DNA of 14,093 nucleotides. Origin: Campylobacterota bacterium. GTDB taxonomy: Bacteria > Campylobacterota > Campylobacteria > Campylobacterales > Arcobacteraceae. The stretch covers positions 1 to 14,093 of the forward strand of contig JBNJFB010000055.1 of NCBI GenBank assembly GCA_051746405.1, read 5' to 3'. The translations under genes and the position numbers were made by a program. The notes below the pieces were generated by a model, which did no database searches, had not been told where the DNA came from, and worked only from the letters and a program-made list of their open reading frames with translations. The first letter of the stretch is position 1. Every line of letters starts with the position of its first letter. This document shows, in pieces, positions 9,545 to 14,093 of this stretch.

Positions 9545-10329
9545 TCCTAGTATAGCTGTTACAAATAACCTAGCAACACTTTATTTAAAACAAAAATCTT
9601 CTTTGCTTGTCAGAAGTGATATATTCATTAGTTAAATAATATACCAACAGCAAAAATCCTAATGCAAAGAGCCAATTTGAAAATACTTTATGAAGAACCA
9701 TACAATCCAAACTTTTCTAACTCCAAAGCATGGTATTTATTTGAATCAATAATATTTCTGAAATTCTTGATTTGTATTTTCATCTAACTCTTTTATTCCA
9801 AAAAAGTTCTATGTTTGCATATTCAAGATTTAAACCTTTTTTAAAAATGACTATATCCTTGAAATGTAACATATTCAAATACTCACTAAAAACTGTTTCT
9901 CCAAATAATGCTAAAGTTGACTATATCTTCTGTAGTCACAAACTTTGTTTTGAAAAAATCAGCATTTTTTTCAAAATCTGTACAAAGTTTTTTATCTCAC
10001 TATTATGTAGTTTAAAATTTAGTATCCTGTACATCTATCTTTATTAGGATTATTGTATTTATATAAAATTTTCCTTCGAAACAACAATTTTTTAAACTAA
10101 ACTCTTTATTTATGAAAACATCTTTTGCAAATACACAACTTATAATCTCTAGTTCTGTTATACTACTTTTTAATTCTTCTAAAACATAGTGTTTCATCAA
10201 ATATATAATTTTTGAGTCTTGCTTTATTACATATTCTTTTATATCATCTGGATTGGATTCAGAGCTTATTAGATGAGAGTATTGCTCTAATCCAAATACT
10301 GCTGATTCACATGGGCGATTTTCTTCCAT
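9545..10329 (-). pseudogene. Pentapeptide-repeat-like protein with C-terminal membrane segments, heavily decayed
   Basis: Periodic Phe motifs (SCVFAKDV, NCCFEGK, DTKF, DFEKNADFFKTKF, FGETVF, YVTFQG, GLNLEYAN) and tail fragments NKYHALELEK, SNWLFALG and LNKVLLGYL in shifting frames. Boundaries are approximate. Confidence 0.55.
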
Positions 10330-10360
10330 CCACCAAATTTTATTTTTTTCAAAATTGCCA

Positions 10361-11200
10361 CTACTTCACCCAATCATTTTTCACTAGTGCAATTTGTATC
10401 TGTTTTTTCTTTCATTCCACTGCATCATCCAAATTGTCTGCATTTTCATTTTTTACTACCCAATGAACAGTAGCTAAAAGCTCTAGACCAAATGGTGTTT
10501 CAAATCCATCTACTAGCTTTGCTACTTTTGTAAAATTTTCTTGAGTAGTTTTTTTGTCACTTAAAAAAACTCTCGCATCTTCTACTGCGTTTGTAGGTGC
10601 CATCTTCATATCCACTTACAAAATGACCCTCTATAGCGTTCATCACATGTCGTAGGTTATTGGCATATGGTCCAAAGGATGCTTTTTGATATTTGAGTTT
10701 CAAAGGCTCACCTGCTTCTTGCATAAAATACATCAGCTTATGCACTTCAAGTAAACTCACAAATGGATCCATAAGCCCTTTTAGATATCTATCCATAAGC
10801 TCGACCTGCTGTCATTTTAGGTGCTTCTTTGGTTTTTACTTTTTCTATTTTTTGTTCAAGTGGCTCATATACTAAAACTTGACATTGTATATTTGATAGT
10901 TTTTGCTCTTGCCAATTCAATCCACCTAGTCCACTTCCAAGTGGCGGAATTGCTATTGATTTTATATGGAGTTTTTCTATTACTTGTAGCAAATCATTAA
11001 GTCCACTATTAGCTTTCCAATGTCTTTTTGTCGGAAAATTGATGATATACTTTGGATTGGTTAGTTGCCCTGTTTGATACACAAACATCTACTTCTTCAA
11101 TTTTGCAAGCATGAGCATATGCTTTAAAATTTATTGCAAAGCAAGACCTCTTCCCAACACAGTTTACGGTATTGACTATCGCTTCACCATTTTTATACTC
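10361..11200 (-). pseudogene. darG: DarG macrodomain antitoxin (DNA ADP-ribosyl glycohydrolase), multiply disrupted
   Basis: Fragments EAIVNTVNCVG, PKYIINFPTKRHWK, SIAIPPLGSGLGGLNW, PKMTAGRA, LLEVHKLMYFMQEAGEPLKL, GPYANNL, GFETPFGLELLATVHWV and WNERKK. Lies directly downstream of darT; start codon not identifiable. Confidence 0.92.
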
Positions 11201-11208
11201 TTTCTCCA

Positions 11209-11730
11209 CTAATAATACCAATCATTTTTAACTTCTACGCATGGTTTATGATTTGCATTACATATTATATTCAATACTTGTTGATAAACAGTTTGATTTG
11301 ACACACCAATTCGCTCTATCAAACCCCAATCAAAACTATGCTCACACAAAAATTCAGCTTGTTTTTTATCTCTTGCATGACTCCACTGGCTATTAGAAAC
11401 CACACTCCAATCAATTTGATTTAAATAAGTCAAATCATTAAAATCTTCAAAGTATCTTGAACCCGCATTTGAAGATGTAAAAACCCACCTTTTAGCATTT
11501 GAATTTGCCCAAGCTATAGAGCCCATCAAGATGAATAATCCCATCTTGCCCTTATGCATCACAAAAATAAAACGGTATACATTGACCTACAAACAAATCA
11601 AGAGTGATTTCTTTGTTTTATCCCAATAGTTGTACCACCCAAATCTTGAACTACCACTTCACTATCGCTTAAAAGTCCACCGCTATTTATGAAGTTTATC
11701 AATATGAACGATAGATTTTAGGGTTTGCAT
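11209..11730 (-). pseudogene. darT: DarT (DUF4433) ssDNA ADP-ribosyltransferase toxin, multiply disrupted
   Basis: Fragments NPKIY, VHIDKL, GGLLSDS, GGTTIG, FVGQCIPFYFC, WVFTSSNAGS, IDW, KKQAEFL (catalytic Glu), IGV and terminal WYY*. Confidence 0.92.
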
Positions 11731-11885
11731 TTACATATGTACTTTCACACCAGCATTTTTTAAGCTTCTCTTTTTCAAGATAGTTTTTTACTATCTGCTC
11801 TACCTTTGACTCAAGCTCATTTTGTACGATCTCTTCCATAAACTCTTACATCTTGGGCTTTTATGTTTGGTGTTATTTTTGCCAT
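11731..11885 (-). pseudogene. Short unassigned coding remnant upstream of darT
   Basis: AGAGG RBS and ATG at 11885 (MAKITPNIKAQDV), continuing in another frame as EFMEEIVQNELESKVEQIVKNYLEKEKLKKCWCEST. No family recognised. Confidence 0.35.
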
Positions 11886-11889
11886 TTAA

Positions 11890-12460
11890 TTATCCTCTTT
11901 TTTCTAATTCTATATTTGGGATAAATTCTTCTACTTTATAACATGCATCTTTAATATAAACATTGTCGTTTTTTTCTATAATTAGTCTATCTTGTTCATC
12001 AATTGTAAAATCATAACTAACTGCTTATCTAGTACTTCATCATAATTATTAAAATTAATTGCAGGAAATATATTTTGCATTATTACTCTACCACAATCAA
12101 GCTCATTGGTAACTATATGTGCTGAATTACCTATCAAGAAAGTATTTGATTTTATGAGAAGGTAAAATAGCTGGATGAAAGTCTATTTTTATACTCTATA
12201 AGTAATTCACCTAACAGTATTCTATCTGCAAAAATAAATGCATTATGTTTATTTAAATATTGTAGAAATAAATTTGATATATAAATATTTCAGATCTATT
12301 TCATAATATTTTATATTTAGTTCATTGCAAATATTTTTTAACTCTAAATTATCACTATTGTCAATAAGCACAAATTCTATTTGTTTAACTAACTCTTCGT
12401 TTTTATAAACCTGAAAAAAGTTTTTTAATCTTGTGCCTTTGTTAGAAACATAAATTTTTA
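11890..12460 (-). pseudogene. Formyltransferase (PurN/GART-like fold), probable sugar-nucleotide N-formyltransferase, disrupted
   Basis: Fragments YVSNKGTRL, IEFVLIDN, DRILLGELL..YKNR, FHPAILPSHK, IGNSAHIVTNELDCGRVIMQ (HP.xLP and D-x-G formyl-THF motifs) and FIPNIELEKRG*. The 5' end is fused to the wbqC tail. Confidence 0.8.
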
Positions 12461-13032
12461 GAATATGTCTTCTTTACTATTGAACATCAATAATAGATAA
12501 GTATGGAACAAACTCATTTTTAAATTGCTTATACTCAGTCAATTCTGTGTTTAAAAAACTTAAGCTTATATTTTGTTGTTGAAACTTTTCTTTATCATAT
12601 AGTTCTTGCCCACCTATAGCTTCTACAAATATCTTGAGCTATTGTCTTTTTCTATATCGCTTGAGTATATAAACTTTGTATCTATCTCTAGGTAGGCAGA
12701 TATTTTTTGTAAAGAATACCCAATAAATTTTGCTAGATTATTTTCTTCTTGATTTAATATATCTTCAATGATAGGAAATACTATCTCAAAATAAGGAGCT
12801 TTTTTATAACTAGTTTTTAAAAGTTTTTTTGAATTATTACCAACTTCAATTTGATTTATAAGCTTATTTTGACTTGCACCTATTAGCTCTAATGTAAATT
12901 ACCACATACTAAAATAGAATTTCTATTTATATAACCTTTTTTTATGAAGTTTACATCATCGAAAATTACAAAGGTATCTACTGCATTTATAAGTTGCCAA
13001 TGTACGGGAAAAGATATGGTTGCTAGTGTCAT
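12455..13032 (-). pseudogene. wbqC: WbqC-family protein, disrupted
   Basis: Start MTLA at 13032 (TAATG overlap), fragments QPYLFPYI, WQLINAVDTFVIFDDVNFIKKGYINRNSIL, SYKKAPYF, AIGGQELYDKE and YKQFKNEFVPYLSIIDV. Confidence 0.92.
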
Positions 13033-13349
13033 TATTTGTTTTCCTTTATCATCTCCAATGCTTTGACTAAATAGCTATTGTCTTCTATAAGTTCTTGTTT
13101 TAGTGTTGGTTCAACTTAATAATAATCGTTTCAAAACCATCTAAATCCACATGAACAATTGTCCATACGATATCTTGGTCTATTCATGTGTTATTTGATT
13201 TCTAAAATCAACAACTTCTTGATACTGACTTTTTAAAAGCTTATCTCTTAGTAGATATTTAGATGCTTCATCAACTCCCTTATAACAGTATCCCATGAAG
13301 TAAGTCAAACTTTTTTGTATAGCTATATAAATATAAAAAGTTCAAACAT
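13032..13349 (-). pseudogene. HEPN (DUF86, HepT-like) RNase toxin, disrupted
   Basis: ATG overlaps the MNT stop (TATGTTTGA). Fragments SWDTVIRE, EASKYLL, VVDFRNQITHE (RxxxxH motif) and DQDIVWTIV. Confidence 0.8.
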
Positions 13350-13576
13350 AGATAAAGTCCTTTTGGATTCTATTTTTTATAAATGTTTTCATAGATTTAA
13401 AAGTGCCAATATCAACCTCTTTGTTAAGTCGCTCTTTTAGGTAGTTTTTTGCACGGATCAAATCCACTCTTAAGTTGCATTTTTAGAACAGCTATATCAC
13501 TTTGTTCAGTATCGATCCCTTTTGCAACTCTTCTCTTTTAGTATTGGTTTAGTTTGTTTATGATAGCTGTATTCAT
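13342..13576 (-). pseudogene. Minimal nucleotidyltransferase (MntA-like) antitoxin, disrupted
   Basis: MNTAIINKL..PILKEK..VAKGIDTEQSDI(D)IAV..YLKERLNKEVDIGTFKSMKTFIKNRIQKDFIYV*. The FGS motif region is missing. AAGGTG RBS. Confidence 0.8.
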
Positions 13577-13586
13577 CTTTATCACC

Positions 13587-14093
13587 TTAGAGTATATTTT
13601 CTTTAATTGTATCTAAAATCGTATTTTGAATATCTTTCTGTATAAATAGGCAAACAAAGTATGCGTTTACTTATATCTCTTGATATTTCACACTCTTGTT
13701 TTGGTTCGATATACTCTAAAGTATCAAGAGATGGATAAAAATATCTCTTTTTCATTAAGTGCCTCTTGTACCTTTAATAGCACTTCTTCACTTTTGAAAA
13801 TAGCTGTAGTTTTGAGTAGCGTTTTTATTTTGTTCTTGAAACTGCACTATACCATTTAGCTCTTGCTGGTATTTTTCATACACTTCTTTTCTACTGTTTT
13901 TGATCTCTTCTATATCATCAAGCACACAAAGCCCCATAGCTGCTTCGAACTCGTTCATCTTTGCATTTGTACCTAGATGCGGGATCGACTCTGCATTTTC
14001 GATACCAAAGTTTATAAGATACCTTGCTTTTTGAGCTAACTCATCATCGTTGATGATAAGTGCACCACCTTCAATGGTATGAAAAAGCTTAGT
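13587..14093 (-). pseudogene. DegT/DnrJ/EryC1/StrS PLP-dependent sugar aminotransferase (VioA-like), C-terminal half, frameshifted
   Basis: TKLFHTIEGGAL..LINFG..GTNAKMNEFEAAMGL..NYSYF, then a frame change near 13795 to KSEEVLLKV..FYPSLDTL..RILCLPIY, and another near 13640. Confidence 0.9.

Noticed and set aside
3480..10875. Other plus-strand ORFs in the track (3480, 5488, 5921, 6054, 6433, 6870, 8177, 9772, 10212, 10693)
   Set aside because: All overlap recognisable minus-strand genes or pseudogenes and show no family motifs.
13577..13625. Possible internal minus-strand promoter for the MNT-HEPN pair (TACAAT / TATACT hexamers)
   Set aside because: Only weak -10-like matches with no clear -35 in AT-rich coding sequence; not supportable.

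Overview
AT-rich window, probably from a Campylobacterota (Sulfurimonas/Arcobacter-like) genome; the taxon is inferred from composition and gene style. It holds one minus-strand Wzx/Wzy-type surface-polysaccharide (O-antigen-like) operon. Order in the direction of transcription: DegT/VioA aminotransferase, [MNT-HEPN TA pair], wbqC, sugar N-formyltransferase, [small ORF, darT, darG, pentapeptide-repeat membrane protein], wzx, GT2, FkbM methyltransferase, GT4, GT4, wzy-like, GT4, acetyltransferase, GT4, [PemK/MazF-like toxin cassette], NAD-dependent epimerase. Most genes are broken by many short deletions. Only the GT2, the acetyltransferase, the last GT4 and the visible part of the epimerase look intact. 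The most unusual part is about 235-745. An orphan PemK/MazF-like gene is bracketed by two near-consensus antisense sigma70 promoters, each driving a predicted ~55-60 nt hairpin RNA. The unit lies between perfect 27-bp direct repeats that belong to translationally coupled 'false-start' copies of the epimerase N-terminus.
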